From: Gammaproteobacteria bacterium
GTDB taxonomy: Bacteria; Pseudomonadota; Gammaproteobacteria; Magnimaribacterales; TMED112
DNA length: 64,000 bases
Direction: 5' to 3'
Assembly: GCA_045563435.1 (NCBI GenBank)
Contig: JBJLJD010000002.1
Coordinates: 17,992-81,991 of the forward strand
A program made the position numbers and the translations under genes. The notes below the pieces were generated by a model. The model saw only the letters and a list, made by a program, of their open reading frames with translations, did not search any database and was not told the DNA's origin. Positions 53,981-63,877 of this stretch are shown one piece after another (position 1 is the first letter of the stretch; each line of letters opens with the position of its first letter).

Positions 53981-54621
53981 TACGAATCACTTCCTATCTT
54001 TATTGAGGTAGGCTTATTTTTTGCAAATATACCTACTTCTACAATACCTGGAATAGTTATCAGTTCTGCCTCCATTTTTTCTGGCTCAGAAATTAGCATC
54101 CCATGCATATCTAGAATAATATTTCCACTATCAGATGAGACACTTCTCTTAGTTATTTTTTCAGACATATCCCCTAAATTTCTTCTTACCGAATGTTCTG
54201 CAAATGGAATTACTTCTATTGGTAAAGGAAATCTACCAAGAATTTCAACTTCTTTAGTATAGTCAGCAATACAAATAAATTTTTTTGAAGCTGCAGCCAG
54301 TACTTTTTCTTTGGTATGTGCACCTCCACCACCTTTAATAAGGTAATAATTTTTATCTATCTCATCTGCTCCATCAATGTAATAATCTAATAAAAAATTA
54401 TCTGGTGCTCCTTGTGAAACTTCAAATTGTAAATTTTCTAATAACTCTGTCGATTCATTTGAGCTTGAAAAAATAGTATTTATTCTGTTTTTTAAATTTG
54501 GAAGAAATTCATTTATAAAAATATTTGTTGTGGACCCTGTCCCAATACCTATATTTATTTTGCCGTTTGAACTATTTATCTCATCGAATGCGCCCTCAGC
54601 TGCAAAAAATTTCTTATTCAT
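53959..54621 (-). CDS. rpiA: Ribose-5-phosphate isomerase A
   Basis: IGIGTGST, YIDGADE, and KGGGGAHTKEK. Confidence 0.92.
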   Translation of the reverse strand: MNKKFFAAEGAFDEINSSNGKINIGIGTGSTTNIFINEFLPNLKNRINTIFSSSNESTELLENLQFEVSQGAPDNFLLDYYIDGADEIDKNYYLIKGGGGAHTKEKVLAAASKKFICIADYTKEVEILGRFPLPIEVIPFAEHSVRRNLGDMSEKITKRSVSSDSGNIILDMHGMLISEPEKMEAELITIPGIVEVGIFAKNKPTSIKIGSDSYYESIDC

Positions 54622-55162
54622 AGATTTCTGTTTCAGTAAAAATTTTATCTAATTTAACATCATGCTTTTCTTGAAAGTTTAGATTTATTTTTTGCATTTC
54701 AAAGCCTACTCCCAATAAAACAGGTCTTTTTGTTCTACTCTTAATATTAACAAAAGTTTTATCATAGAACCCTTTACCTCTTCCTAATCTATAAAGTTTC
54801 TCATTGAAACCGACAAATGGAACTAAAATGATATCTAACTCAAATATATTTACTTCTGTTTTAGATTTTGGTTCTAATATTCCATAAGTACCTACTGAAA
54901 ATCCTTTTGATATATTTCCATAGCCTAGGACTTCATCCTTTATAAAAGGGATATAAACTTTTTTATCTTTTGATATTACAAGTTTGGGTTCAAATTCAAT
55001 AGGCATAAACATGCCAATTTTCTTTGCCTTATGAAACAGCTCTTGCTTATTTAGAAGTTTTTGAATTTGATGTGTTTTTTCGACTATTTCTCGTTGTGAA
55101 AATGAAAGGAATTTATTTTTAATTTCTAATCTTATTTCATTTTTAACAGACATCTGAATCAT
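54614..55162 (-). CDS. 5-formyltetrahydrofolate cyclo-ligase
   Basis: RLGRGKGFYDKT signature. Conserved zapA-ssrS-ygfA arrangement. Confidence 0.85.
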   Translation of the reverse strand: MIQMSVKNEIRLEIKNKFLSFSQREIVEKTHQIQKLLNKQELFHKAKKIGMFMPIEFEPKLVISKDKKVYIPFIKDEVLGYGNISKGFSVGTYGILEPKSKTEVNIFELDIILVPFVGFNEKLYRLGRGKGFYDKTFVNIKSRTKRPVLLGVGFEMQKINLNFQEKHDVKLDKIFTETEIYE

Positions 55163-55314
55163 TGTTTCCAGTCACCCTGAACCCTTAGGTCAGGTGGGTA
55201 GCTCTTCTTTATAGTAAGGCTTCCTCTAAAGTAACGCACAGCTATAAAAAATCTGCTTCCCTTAATTTACATTATCGGTTCTAGAGTAAATTCTGAAAAC
55301 CGATGATTCAGACA
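55150..55314 (-). ncRNA. ssrS: 6S RNA
   Basis: Sits between zapA and the 5-FCL gene, as in E. coli. On the minus strand, 5' arm UCUGAAUCAU (55312-55303) pairs perfectly with 3' arm AUGAUUCAGA (55162-55153), enclosing about 140 nt. The 3' half contains AAGGGUUCAGGGUGAC (compare E. coli AAGGGUUCAAGGGUUAC). TAATAT -10 box at 55325-55320. Ends are approximate. Confidence 0.7.
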
Positions 55315-55345
55315 ATTTAATATTAAACATTTTTTGCAAATGTAT

Positions 55346-55633
55346 CTATTGGTTTATAAATAATTTAATCTTGTTTGTTAAATCATTTAAAGCTCTTTCA
55401 TTTATTTCACTATCAGACGAAAGATCTTCATTCTTTATTTCATATTCGATGGCAAATTTAAGAGCAATTTGTACTAATGCATGATCAAGTTTTTCTTCTG
55501 GTGCATTAATTTCCTCAAGAAGTTTTTCAATCTTTTTTTTTGCCTTTCCAAAGGCTATGAATTCATCAGCCGGTATACTAAATGAAAAAGTTCGTTCGCC
55601 TAATTTAACATCTACTCTTTGTTCGTCATTCAT
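55346..55633 (-). CDS. zapA: Cell division protein ZapA
   Basis: 95 aa. N-terminal V-x-V-x-L-G-x-R-x-F pattern (VDVKLGERTFSFSIP), then a coiled-coil tail. Lies directly upstream of ssrS. Confidence 0.7.
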   Translation of the reverse strand: MNDEQRVDVKLGERTFSFSIPADEFIAFGKAKKKIEKLLEEINAPEEKLDHALVQIALKFAIEYEIKNEDLSSDSEINERALNDLTNKIKLFINQ

Positions 55634-56370
55634 CCTAAAGATTTTCCGCCATCAACATTTATATTTCTTCCTGTCATATAGGAATTTTTTGTTACTAAAT
55701 AATCAACCATCATTACAATATCTTCTACCGACCCCATTCGCCTAAGTGGTACTTTTTTTAATATTTCTTCCTTCTTTTCTTCATCTGGCTCATTTCCGAC
55801 ATCCCACAAAATAACACCTGGTGCTACTGAATTTACCAATACCTCAGGTGCTAATTCAGAGGCAAGTGATTTCGTCATATTCAATAATCCTGCTTTTGCT
55901 GCAGCATAGGTGGCATACCTTGCTAAGCCTGATTCAGCATAAATATCTGTAATATTAACTATCGAGCCTGTATTTTTCTTTAACCTTTCTCCCAAAAATT
56001 TACATATGAACATTGGAGCCTTTAGGTTTGAGGATAAAAGTGCACTCCAGTCTTCTTCTTCAATTTTAGATATTTCTTTCGGATAGAATGTTGAAGCATT
56101 ATTTATTATTGCTTTTAAATTTGGTGAGATTTCTAATACCTTTTTGCATAAAACTTTTACTGAAGCACTATCATCAAGGTCTGCCTTTAAAACTTCGAAT
56201 GAATTTTCTCTTACCGAATTAAGTTTTTGCTTAAGCTCATTAGCTTCTTTTTCAGAATTTCTATAGTGAATGATTACATTCCAATTATTACGGTGAAAGT
56301 GTTCAGCAATAGCTTTGCCTATTCTTTGAGCACCACCCGTAATAAAAATCCAATCACTCATATCTTTCAA
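55630..56370 (-). CDS. Short-chain dehydrogenase/reductase, pteridine reductase / FolM-like
   Basis: ITGGAQRIG cofactor loop and catalytic YAAAK. The HYRNS pattern after the first beta-strand is typical of PTR1/FolM-like SDRs (from memory). Confidence 0.55.
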   Translation of the reverse strand: MKDMSDWIFITGGAQRIGKAIAEHFHRNNWNVIIHYRNSEKEANELKQKLNSVRENSFEVLKADLDDSASVKVLCKKVLEISPNLKAIINNASTFYPKEISKIEEEDWSALLSSNLKAPMFICKFLGERLKKNTGSIVNITDIYAESGLARYATYAAAKAGLLNMTKSLASELAPEVLVNSVAPGVILWDVGNEPDEEKKEEILKKVPLRRMGSVEDIVMMVDYLVTKNSYMTGRNINVDGGKSLG

Positions 56371-57364
56371 TAATCTTAATTATTTTTTTCTTTTTAATTT
56401 TTTCAATTTCATCATACTTACATGATGTTAATTCAGTAAAATCTATTTTTTTAATTTCCTTCATAACATTGCAACAATATTCACTCTTTTCATCAAAATA
56501 ATGGATGATATCAAGAAAAATTATTCTATTCTTATCATTTAAAAATGATGAAAAGAAAAGAAATTTATTATCAATACTACTACTTTTGCTAAATTTTTGA
56601 ATTTGTTTCCATATTTCTAGATAGTCAAGAAATTTTTTTGGCATGTAATTTTTTAGCTTTAAACAGAAATTATATTTATTGGCTTGATTAATTTGAGAAA
56701 GGGCAATTTCTGGTCTTTGATCAATTTTTTTTGGTATTTCAATTAACTCTGAAAACCAAGGCTCTTGAAGATTAAAGTTTTTAATCACTTTTAAAAATCT
56801 TGAAAAATCAAAATTTAATGCCTTCAAAGTTTCTTCCCAAACTCTTTCACCACTTAAATAATGCAGTTCCCCAGATTGTGAAATTTTTTGCAAAATCTTT
56901 TTGGTACTTGGGTGAATTTGAAAATCACTAAATTTGGAATAAAACCTAGCAAGTCTTAAAGCTCTTAAAGAGTCCTCAAAAAAGCTTTCAGATACATGTC
57001 TTAGAACTTTTTTCTTTAAATCATTTATACCTCCAAATGGATCAATCAAATCCCCATTTTCATTCTGTGCAATGGCATTTATAGTCAAATCTCTTCTTTG
57101 TAAATCTTCCTCAAGAGAGATAGTTTTATCAAAAATAAATTCAAAATCTCCATGTTTTCTTCCAACTTTTTTTTCTTTTCTCCCTAATGCGTAAGCCTCT
57201 TTAGTCTGAGGATGTAAGAATACAGGAAAATCTTTACCTACCCTTCTAAAGCCATGTAAAAACATCTCTTCTGGCGAAGATCCAATTACAACCCAATCTG
57301 TTTCACCAGGTGCAAATCCTAATAATTCATCTCTGATTACACCACCAACTTTATATATCTTCAT
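56354..57364 (-). CDS. cca: tRNA nucleotidyltransferase (CCA-adding enzyme), short form (336 aa)
   Basis: MKIYKVGGVIRDELLG, DWVVIGS, FPVFLHPQTKEAYAL, and RRDLTINAIA track E. coli Cca almost residue for residue over the head domain. Confidence 0.88.
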   Translation of the reverse strand: MKIYKVGGVIRDELLGFAPGETDWVVIGSSPEEMFLHGFRRVGKDFPVFLHPQTKEAYALGRKEKKVGRKHGDFEFIFDKTISLEEDLQRRDLTINAIAQNENGDLIDPFGGINDLKKKVLRHVSESFFEDSLRALRLARFYSKFSDFQIHPSTKKILQKISQSGELHYLSGERVWEETLKALNFDFSRFLKVIKNFNLQEPWFSELIEIPKKIDQRPEIALSQINQANKYNFCLKLKNYMPKKFLDYLEIWKQIQKFSKSSSIDNKFLFFSSFLNDKNRIIFLDIIHYFDEKSEYCCNVMKEIKKIDFTELTSCKYDEIEKIKKKKIIKIIERYE

Positions 57365-58179
57365 TTCTGAGAGTCTACTGTAATTATTGATCTATCGTTA
57401 ATATTGATAGCAGCTAAAGATCCACCCCAGACGCATCCTAGATCAACTCCTTTTATTTTATTATTGTTTGTGACACCTTTCAGTGCAGCCCAATGGCCAA
57501 AAACAATACTATCGATTTCTTTTAGAGTTTTGTGTTTGTAATTGAACCAAGGCTGATATTTTTGCTTTGGTGATTTCTTAATTTTGGTATTTAAGTCTAG
57601 TTTATTTTCTTTAGTTATGAATCTCATTCTAGTGAAAACATTAACAAGGTATCTTCTTCTATTTTTCTTATTAGTTGATTTAGAGATTGCCTTCCTTCTG
57701 TCGCCATACATTTGATCAAGAAATTTTTCAGGGTTTGATTTTAAGGAAGAGGTTAATTCTTCATTTGCAGCTTTCACATCCTCAATAGACCAAGTGGGAA
57801 GAACACCTGCATGTACAACAAGTGTTTTTTTTGCCTCATTTGAGATCACTTTTGCAAAAGGGAAATTTAAAAAATAATCTAAAATTTCAATAGATTTATT
57901 CTTGCTTATAATTTTTGTCATAGTATCTTTTTTATCGTTATGTTTACGCACTCCAGCTAGAATCGCCATTAGATGTAAATCATGGTTACCAAGTACACTT
58001 TTTACTTTATTCTCTAAAACATAATCAACTACCTTTTCAGATTCTGGACCTCTATTCACAAGATCACCTACACAGAAGAATTTATTTTCCTTATTTGGGT
58101 CTATAAGTTTTAGTAAATTTTTAAATTCTTTGTAACAACCTTGAATATCACCTATTACAAATTTAGATTTGTTGTTCAT
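57361..58179 (-). CDS. apaH: Bis(5'-nucleosyl)-tetraphosphatase, symmetrical (ApaH)
   Basis: Metallophosphatase motifs GDIQGC, GDLVNRGP, and GNHD. Lies downstream of rsmA. Confidence 0.9.
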   Translation of the reverse strand: MNNKSKFVIGDIQGCYKEFKNLLKLIDPNKENKFFCVGDLVNRGPESEKVVDYVLENKVKSVLGNHDLHLMAILAGVRKHNDKKDTMTKIISKNKSIEILDYFLNFPFAKVISNEAKKTLVVHAGVLPTWSIEDVKAANEELTSSLKSNPEKFLDQMYGDRRKAISKSTNKKNRRRYLVNVFTRMRFITKENKLDLNTKIKKSPKQKYQPWFNYKHKTLKEIDSIVFGHWAALKGVTNNNKIKGVDLGCVWGGSLAAININDRSIITVDSQK

Positions 58180-58924
58180 AAGCCCTTAGTATTTCAAAAA
58201 AATCTTCCAAGACAAGCTCCTCAGGACGTTTATTAATATCAAACGAAAAAAAGTCCATTTCAAGATTTAATGCTTTTAATCCAGCCTTAATTTTTTTTCT
58301 CGGGTTTGCGAAACACTTTGTTAAAACCATTTTAAAATTTTGATAATTTAGTCCTCTATCTTTATTATTTTTAACTAATCTGATTAGTGTTGAAGTGACC
58401 TTTGGTTTTGGATGAAATGCCTCAGGTGGTATATCAAATATTCCATGAATTGTTCCAAAATATTCAGTTATTAGAGAAAGTTTATTTTGTTTCTCTTTTT
58501 TTGAAATGAATCTCTCTGCCATTTCTTTTTGAACGAGAAAAATACATTCAAGAAAAACAAAGTCCTCTTCTAAAATCTTTAAAATAATTTGGGATGAAAT
58601 GTTATAAGGCAGATTACCAAAGACTATAAGTCTTTCTGAGGAAAATTTATGCAAATCAACTGCCAGAATATCTGCATTAATAAACTCCATATTGTTATTA
58701 TCGGAAAACTTATTATTTAAGATGCTGTGTAATTTACTATCTATTTCAAAGCCCCTAAATTTTTTATTTGTATTGGCTAAATAATTTGTAAGAGCGCCAT
58801 CACCAGGCCCTATCTCAATAATTTCAGTGGCGTTTGGCAGATTGGTGCATGTAAGGATTTTTTCAATGAAAGTGTTATCTCTTAAAAAGTTTTGGCCAAG
58901 AGATTTTTTAGGCTTTATTTTCAT
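58163..58924 (-). CDS. rsmA: 16S rRNA (adenine1518/1519-N6)-dimethyltransferase RsmA/KsgA
   Basis: LGQNFL, EIGPGDGALT, and NLPYNISS. Confidence 0.93.
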   Translation of the reverse strand: MKIKPKKSLGQNFLRDNTFIEKILTCTNLPNATEIIEIGPGDGALTNYLANTNKKFRGFEIDSKLHSILNNKFSDNNNMEFINADILAVDLHKFSSERLIVFGNLPYNISSQIILKILEEDFVFLECIFLVQKEMAERFISKKEKQNKLSLITEYFGTIHGIFDIPPEAFHPKPKVTSTLIRLVKNNKDRGLNYQNFKMVLTKCFANPRKKIKAGLKALNLEMDFFSFDINKRPEELVLEDFFEILRAYEQQI

Positions 58925-59876
58925 TCAAAGCAATTTTTATCGATTTTATCATGCTGCTGGGGTCTGCTTTAAAATCTGATGCTATATCTTCAGCTGTCCC
59001 ATGATCAACAGAGACACGCATAAAAGGTAGTCCAATAGTAATATTTACAGTGCCATGAAAATCTAGTGTTTTAATTACTGGCAAAGCTTGATCATGATAC
59101 ATAGAAAGATATCCATCACATTTTGATGAAACAAAAGCGGTATCCGCAGGCAATGGTCCGATTAGATTAAATTTATTACTTAGCTTGCGAATGGTAGGCT
59201 GAACAATATTTTTATCTTCATGACCATATTCGCCACTTTCACCTGCATGTGGATTTAATCCTAAAATACCCATCAAAGGATTTTGGATATTAAAAAGTTC
59301 TCTTAATCCCTTTTCTAAAAGGCTTATTTTATTAATTAATAGTTTTTCAGTAATAGTGTTTGAAACCTCTTTGAGAGGTATATGCGTAGTTGCAACCCCA
59401 ATTTTAAGCTGATCATTTGCTAGCAACATCAAAACATCACTACAAGAAAATTTATTCTTAAAGTATTCGGTGTGTCCTTGAAAATTTTTAATTTTCGAAG
59501 AAATAACACTTTTATTAATAGGGCCTGTAACAAGGTTGAATTTATTATCAAATGCCAAATTCGATGCAATATTAATGCAGTCGATAACATAATCTGCATT
59601 ATTTTCATCTGATTTTCCTATTTCGTAGTTTGAACAATTCTGAACATTAATAAAATTAATCTTATTCGGTTTAGTATCTTTGATATTTGCTAGCTCATTG
59701 AACTCAAAACTATATTTGAGTTGACTATTTATAAAATCTAAAACACTTAATGAACTTACAACAACAATTTTTTCAAAAATTTCTTTTGAATTTATTTTAG
59801 ATAAGGCTTTTAAAAAAATTTCAGGTCCAATACCCGCAGGATCACCTAAAGAAACAATAATTTTTTTATTTATCAA
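58908..59876 (-). CDS. pdxA: 4-hydroxythreonine-4-phosphate dehydrogenase
   Basis: GDPAGIGPEI and VSVDHGTA motifs. surA-pdxA-rsmA order. Confidence 0.92.
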   Translation of the reverse strand: MINKKIIVSLGDPAGIGPEIFLKALSKINSKEIFEKIVVVSSLSVLDFINSQLKYSFEFNELANIKDTKPNKINFINVQNCSNYEIGKSDENNADYVIDCINIASNLAFDNKFNLVTGPINKSVISSKIKNFQGHTEYFKNKFSCSDVLMLLANDQLKIGVATTHIPLKEVSNTITEKLLINKISLLEKGLRELFNIQNPLMGILGLNPHAGESGEYGHEDKNIVQPTIRKLSNKFNLIGPLPADTAFVSSKCDGYLSMYHDQALPVIKTLDFHGTVNITIGLPFMRVSVDHGTAEDIASDFKADPSSMIKSIKIALNENKA

Positions 59877-61123
59877 TAGTCCTTTATTTCAATGAACGCT
59901 TCAGCTCGAAGTTCTTGTAGATCAGATTCAAGTTCTTCCTCGAATTTTCTGCTGTAAAGATAATTAAATGCTTGATCTGCAATTCTTTCATTTGTCTTGT
60001 CTTCAATTCTTGTACCAGTAACTTCCAAAATATGCCATCCAAAGTCGGAGCGAAAAGGAAGAGAAACTTCATTGAGATTAGATCTCATCATTACTTCTTC
60101 AAAGGCCTCTGTGTACTTTCCTTCACCTGCCCAGCCAAGCTTTCCGCCTTCTTGTTTTGAGCCAGGATCATCGCTAAACTCTGCAGCCAATTGATCAAAA
60201 TCTTCACCAGATAGTAGTCTTTCTCTTATGGAAATCATTAATTCCTCAGATTCGTCATCTGGTCTTACTCTGTTAGGAATGAGGAGTATATGTCTAACTT
60301 CCCACTCTTTTTCAAAGGAAACTGCTGGACCTCTCTTGTTATTTAGATAAAGAATATGTGAGCCTGCACCACTTTTTATTACGTCTGAAACTTCTCCAAT
60401 CTTAAGATTTTCAAGTGTACTCTGAAATAATTCTGGGAAACCAGTTATTTTTCTCCAACCTAAATCCCCCTTATTCTGATCTTCTGAAAAATTTTCTGAT
60501 AGCTCTATGAAATTTTTTCCATCATTAATAGATTCAATAACTTCGCTATACACATCATCAATATTTTTCTGAGAATTTGTTCTTATTAGAATTTGCCTAA
60601 CATTCAGTTCTGGCCCTAACTGTGTTTTAGCCTCTTCTGTATTAAGAAAATTTACTAATTCTTCTTGAGTTATTGATATTCTATTTTGAACTCTTCCTTG
60701 TTGTACTCTATTAATTTTTAATGATCTTTTGATTTCATCTCTAACAAGCTCATAGGAATCGCCCTCATCTTCAATCGATTGAATAAATTCTTCAATTGTT
60801 AATTCATTTTGCTGAGCAACTCTTTTGACGGTAACATTAAGTTCTTCATCACTAATCTTTATACCTGCTTTATCAGCTATCTGTAGTTGAAGTTCCTCAA
60901 TTACCAGAGCTTCGATTATTTCATTTCTTAAATCCTCTTCAGAAGGCACTCTAGCTCCTGAAATAGCAGCTTCTTTCTTAAAATTTTTTATTTTAAGTTG
61001 TATATCTGACTCAAGAACAACCCCATCATTAACAATCACTGCAATCCTATCAACCGTCTGACTATAAGCGCCAACAGATAGTGAAAGTATAAATATTAAT
61101 TTAATTAAATAATCCATTTTCAA
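59873..61123 (-). CDS. surA: Periplasmic chaperone / PPIase SurA
   Basis: Signal peptide, N-terminal chaperone region (DRIAVIVNDGVVLESD), and parvulin-like segments (VRHILL...; DFGWHILEV). Lies between lptD and pdxA. Confidence 0.9.
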   Translation of the reverse strand: MKMDYLIKLIFILSLSVGAYSQTVDRIAVIVNDGVVLESDIQLKIKNFKKEAAISGARVPSEEDLRNEIIEALVIEELQLQIADKAGIKISDEELNVTVKRVAQQNELTIEEFIQSIEDEGDSYELVRDEIKRSLKINRVQQGRVQNRISITQEELVNFLNTEEAKTQLGPELNVRQILIRTNSQKNIDDVYSEVIESINDGKNFIELSENFSEDQNKGDLGWRKITGFPELFQSTLENLKIGEVSDVIKSGAGSHILYLNNKRGPAVSFEKEWEVRHILLIPNRVRPDDESEELMISIRERLLSGEDFDQLAAEFSDDPGSKQEGGKLGWAGEGKYTEAFEEVMMRSNLNEVSLPFRSDFGWHILEVTGTRIEDKTNERIADQAFNYLYSRKFEEELESDLQELRAEAFIEIKDY

Positions 61124-62978
61124 TTATATTTTCTACTGGGTTCAAAATATTTGAAAGCCCTATCAGTTCAAATTCAAAGCTAAGGTTATTTTTTACCTGG
61201 GGATTAGTCAAATTTATTATCTGCATATAGGACAAATTTATGTTATCAGGATCTATATATGGAAAAAATCTAGCTCGTTCAAGACTTAACCTTAATTTCA
61301 AACAATCTACAAACCATTCTCCACCAATAACACTTTCATTAATAATTTCATTTTCTTGTGAATATTGAGCTCTAGTGAATAAAGTTATATCGCCAAATTT
61401 TTGTTTTCCTTTTAAAACATAATTATTTATTCCAGATAAGGGAAAACTTGCCATAGCAAATTCATTTTTCTCTAATGAAAATAAACCCTCTTGGTTCGAA
61501 TATTTTATGCCAAACCGTAGCCCCATAAATTTTTCTTTTTCAACACTATAGTTTCCATTTGTAAAATAAGAAAAGTTTCCAGAGTTTTTTTGAATTTTAA
61601 AAAAAATTGGTTTCTTTTCATAAAACTTTTTGAAAATCATGCTTTCATCTGAAAAATTATAGTCCTCATATAAGTTTGTTGATACAGAGTAATCAAAACT
61701 GCTCAATGATCCTGAGTGAAAAATAAATAACTTATTTTGATTGGGCCCTCTATCTTTCCCTGACCAAGGCTGTAAAGATATATTAGATTCTGGAGTAGGC
61801 ATTCTCGGATAGGAATCAAGTATGGGAACTTCTGATTGATCTTCATATGAGGAAACAATCACACCTAGTTTGAGTCCTTTAATTTCAGGAAAAGAAAAAT
61901 TCTGCCTGAAAGCAAAGTCATTTTTTTGGATGCCTTTAATAGTTTTGTCCTTAAAAGAGTAGTCCCTTATCTGTACAAGAAAATCAGTATCAATTTTTAT
62001 CTTATTGTTTTGATATTTATTAGAAGCTCTAAGTTCCGTAAAAAAACGCTCTACATTGTCGTAAACAAAATAAGGCAACTGAAAGATTTTGTTAGATTTG
62101 TCTTTAAATTTTGCAAATTCTGTTACAAAATCTATACGAAATTGACCTATATCAAAAAATAAATCACTTGTTACGTAATCTTTTCTATGTGAAATAGGTC
62201 TAGCAATACCTAGCTGTTTGAAGTCATCACTTCCAAAACTCATAAATAAATTATCAAGCTCATAAGACAAATTTATAGATTGCCGCAGATCTAAACTTCT
62301 TCTACTTGCGTCTAGATATCTATATCCGTAGTTTTGTATCAATGATTGACCTGAAAAATCAGAATAATTCACTCCAAATGTAATATTTTCGCCAATTAAA
62401 GAGTTTCCAATTAGTTTGTACACCCAAGAGCCGTCATCATCATTTAGAGCTAAGCTTGTAAATTTATAATTATTGTCATCATCCTTATGCTGGTATTTAA
62501 ATGAAGCACCAAACTTAGATTTTGTGTAAACAGGCTCTAAGACAAATGAACTATTTTCATATTTTCTTTGAAATTTATAACTAATATCTATTTCATTATC
62601 TGTTAATCCGAGAGAGGGTATTGAAATAGATTCTTTATCATCGTAATTTACCTCATTTACCCAAAAAATTGGAATATCAAATAAAGTAACTTTTGCTTTT
62701 TTTAGTTGAATGCTTTTATCTTTTTTAAGAGAAGCTTCATCTGCTGAAAATTTCCATACAGCGTCTTTATCACAGGTATATATTTCAACATCAGTTAAAA
62801 CTGTTTCATTATTTTTAAGTTCTGCACTCTTAAAACCCAATGAGGTTTTTTCATCTAGTTTGATTTCACCATCAGCTAACTTTATTTGTGATTTTTTGTC
62901 TTCATCAGAACACTCAGCCCATAAAAAACTTTGATAGGTTAATGTAAATAACAATAATAGTTTTTTAAATTTGTTCAT
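61101..62978 (-). CDS. lptD: LPS-assembly outer-membrane protein LptD (short, 625 aa)
   Basis: Signal peptide. Composition is rich in aromatic residues, Asn and Ser, with alternating beta-strand character. Lies upstream of surA. Confidence 0.82.
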   Translation of the reverse strand: MNKFKKLLLLFTLTYQSFLWAECSDEDKKSQIKLADGEIKLDEKTSLGFKSAELKNNETVLTDVEIYTCDKDAVWKFSADEASLKKDKSIQLKKAKVTLFDIPIFWVNEVNYDDKESISIPSLGLTDNEIDISYKFQRKYENSSFVLEPVYTKSKFGASFKYQHKDDDNNYKFTSLALNDDDGSWVYKLIGNSLIGENITFGVNYSDFSGQSLIQNYGYRYLDASRRSLDLRQSINLSYELDNLFMSFGSDDFKQLGIARPISHRKDYVTSDLFFDIGQFRIDFVTEFAKFKDKSNKIFQLPYFVYDNVERFFTELRASNKYQNNKIKIDTDFLVQIRDYSFKDKTIKGIQKNDFAFRQNFSFPEIKGLKLGVIVSSYEDQSEVPILDSYPRMPTPESNISLQPWSGKDRGPNQNKLFIFHSGSLSSFDYSVSTNLYEDYNFSDESMIFKKFYEKKPIFFKIQKNSGNFSYFTNGNYSVEKEKFMGLRFGIKYSNQEGLFSLEKNEFAMASFPLSGINNYVLKGKQKFGDITLFTRAQYSQENEIINESVIGGEWFVDCLKLRLSLERARFFPYIDPDNINLSYMQIINLTNPQVKNNLSFEFELIGLSNILNPVENIIENGLFN

Positions 62979-63019
62979 ATGCCTGTTATTATAGGACTTT
63001 TAAAATGTAAAAAAGTTTT

Positions 63020-63877
63020 ATGAGTTTGAAAGATAAAGTGATTTTTATGACAGGCGGAAGTAGAGGCATAGGTCTCTCTATTGCATTAAAAGCAGCAGCC
63101 GATGGAGCAAAAATTGCGATTGCGGCAAAAACTGCTAATCCACATCCTAAATTACCTGGAACAATATTTACTGCAGTCGAAGAAATTGAAGCAGCAGGAG
63201 GACATGGACTACCGATTCAATGTGATATCAGAGATGAGCATAATGTACATGAATCAGTGAAGAAAGCTGTAGATCATTTTGGTGGAATTGATATCTGCAT
63301 CAATAATGCATCTGCAATAAGCCTTACACCAACATTAGACACTGATATGAAAAGATACGACTTAATGCATAACATTAATGGTAGAGGTACATTCCTCACA
63401 AGTAAGGCATGTATACCACACCTTTTAAAATCAGATAATCCACACATTTTGAATATTTCACCGCCTTTAGATATGAATCCAATGTGGTTCCAGGGTCATG
63501 TTGCCTACACAATGGCTAAATACAATATGAGTCTATGTGTTTTAGGAATGGCAGCTGAATATAAAGGACAAATTGGAGTAAATGCTCTTTGGCCAAGAAC
63601 AGCTATTAAGACAGCAGCAGTAAAAAATGTATTAGGTGGAGATGAAATGATGAAAAAGTCTAGGGACCCACAGATAATGGCTGATGCTGCTCATATAATT
63701 CTAAATAAAGATAAAGATAAATTCTCTGGCAATTTTGTTTTAGATGATTCTTTACTCGCAGAACATGGTGAAACAGACTTTAGTAAATATGCTGATTATC
63801 CATTCGCAGAGCTAATACCAGATTTTTTTGTACCCGAAGATGCTTATCCAGTTCCTCAGGTAGTAAAAGATAGTTGA
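63020..63877 (+). CDS. Short-chain dehydrogenase/reductase (HSDL2-like)
   Basis: TGGSRGIG loop, NNAS, and catalytic YTMAK. Confidence 0.8.
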   Translation: MSLKDKVIFMTGGSRGIGLSIALKAAADGAKIAIAAKTANPHPKLPGTIFTAVEEIEAAGGHGLPIQCDIRDEHNVHESVKKAVDHFGGIDICINNASAISLTPTLDTDMKRYDLMHNINGRGTFLTSKACIPHLLKSDNPHILNISPPLDMNPMWFQGHVAYTMAKYNMSLCVLGMAAEYKGQIGVNALWPRTAIKTAAVKNVLGGDEMMKKSRDPQIMADAAHIILNKDKDKFSGNFVLDDSLLAEHGETDFSKYADYPFAELIPDFFVPEDAYPVPQVVKDS

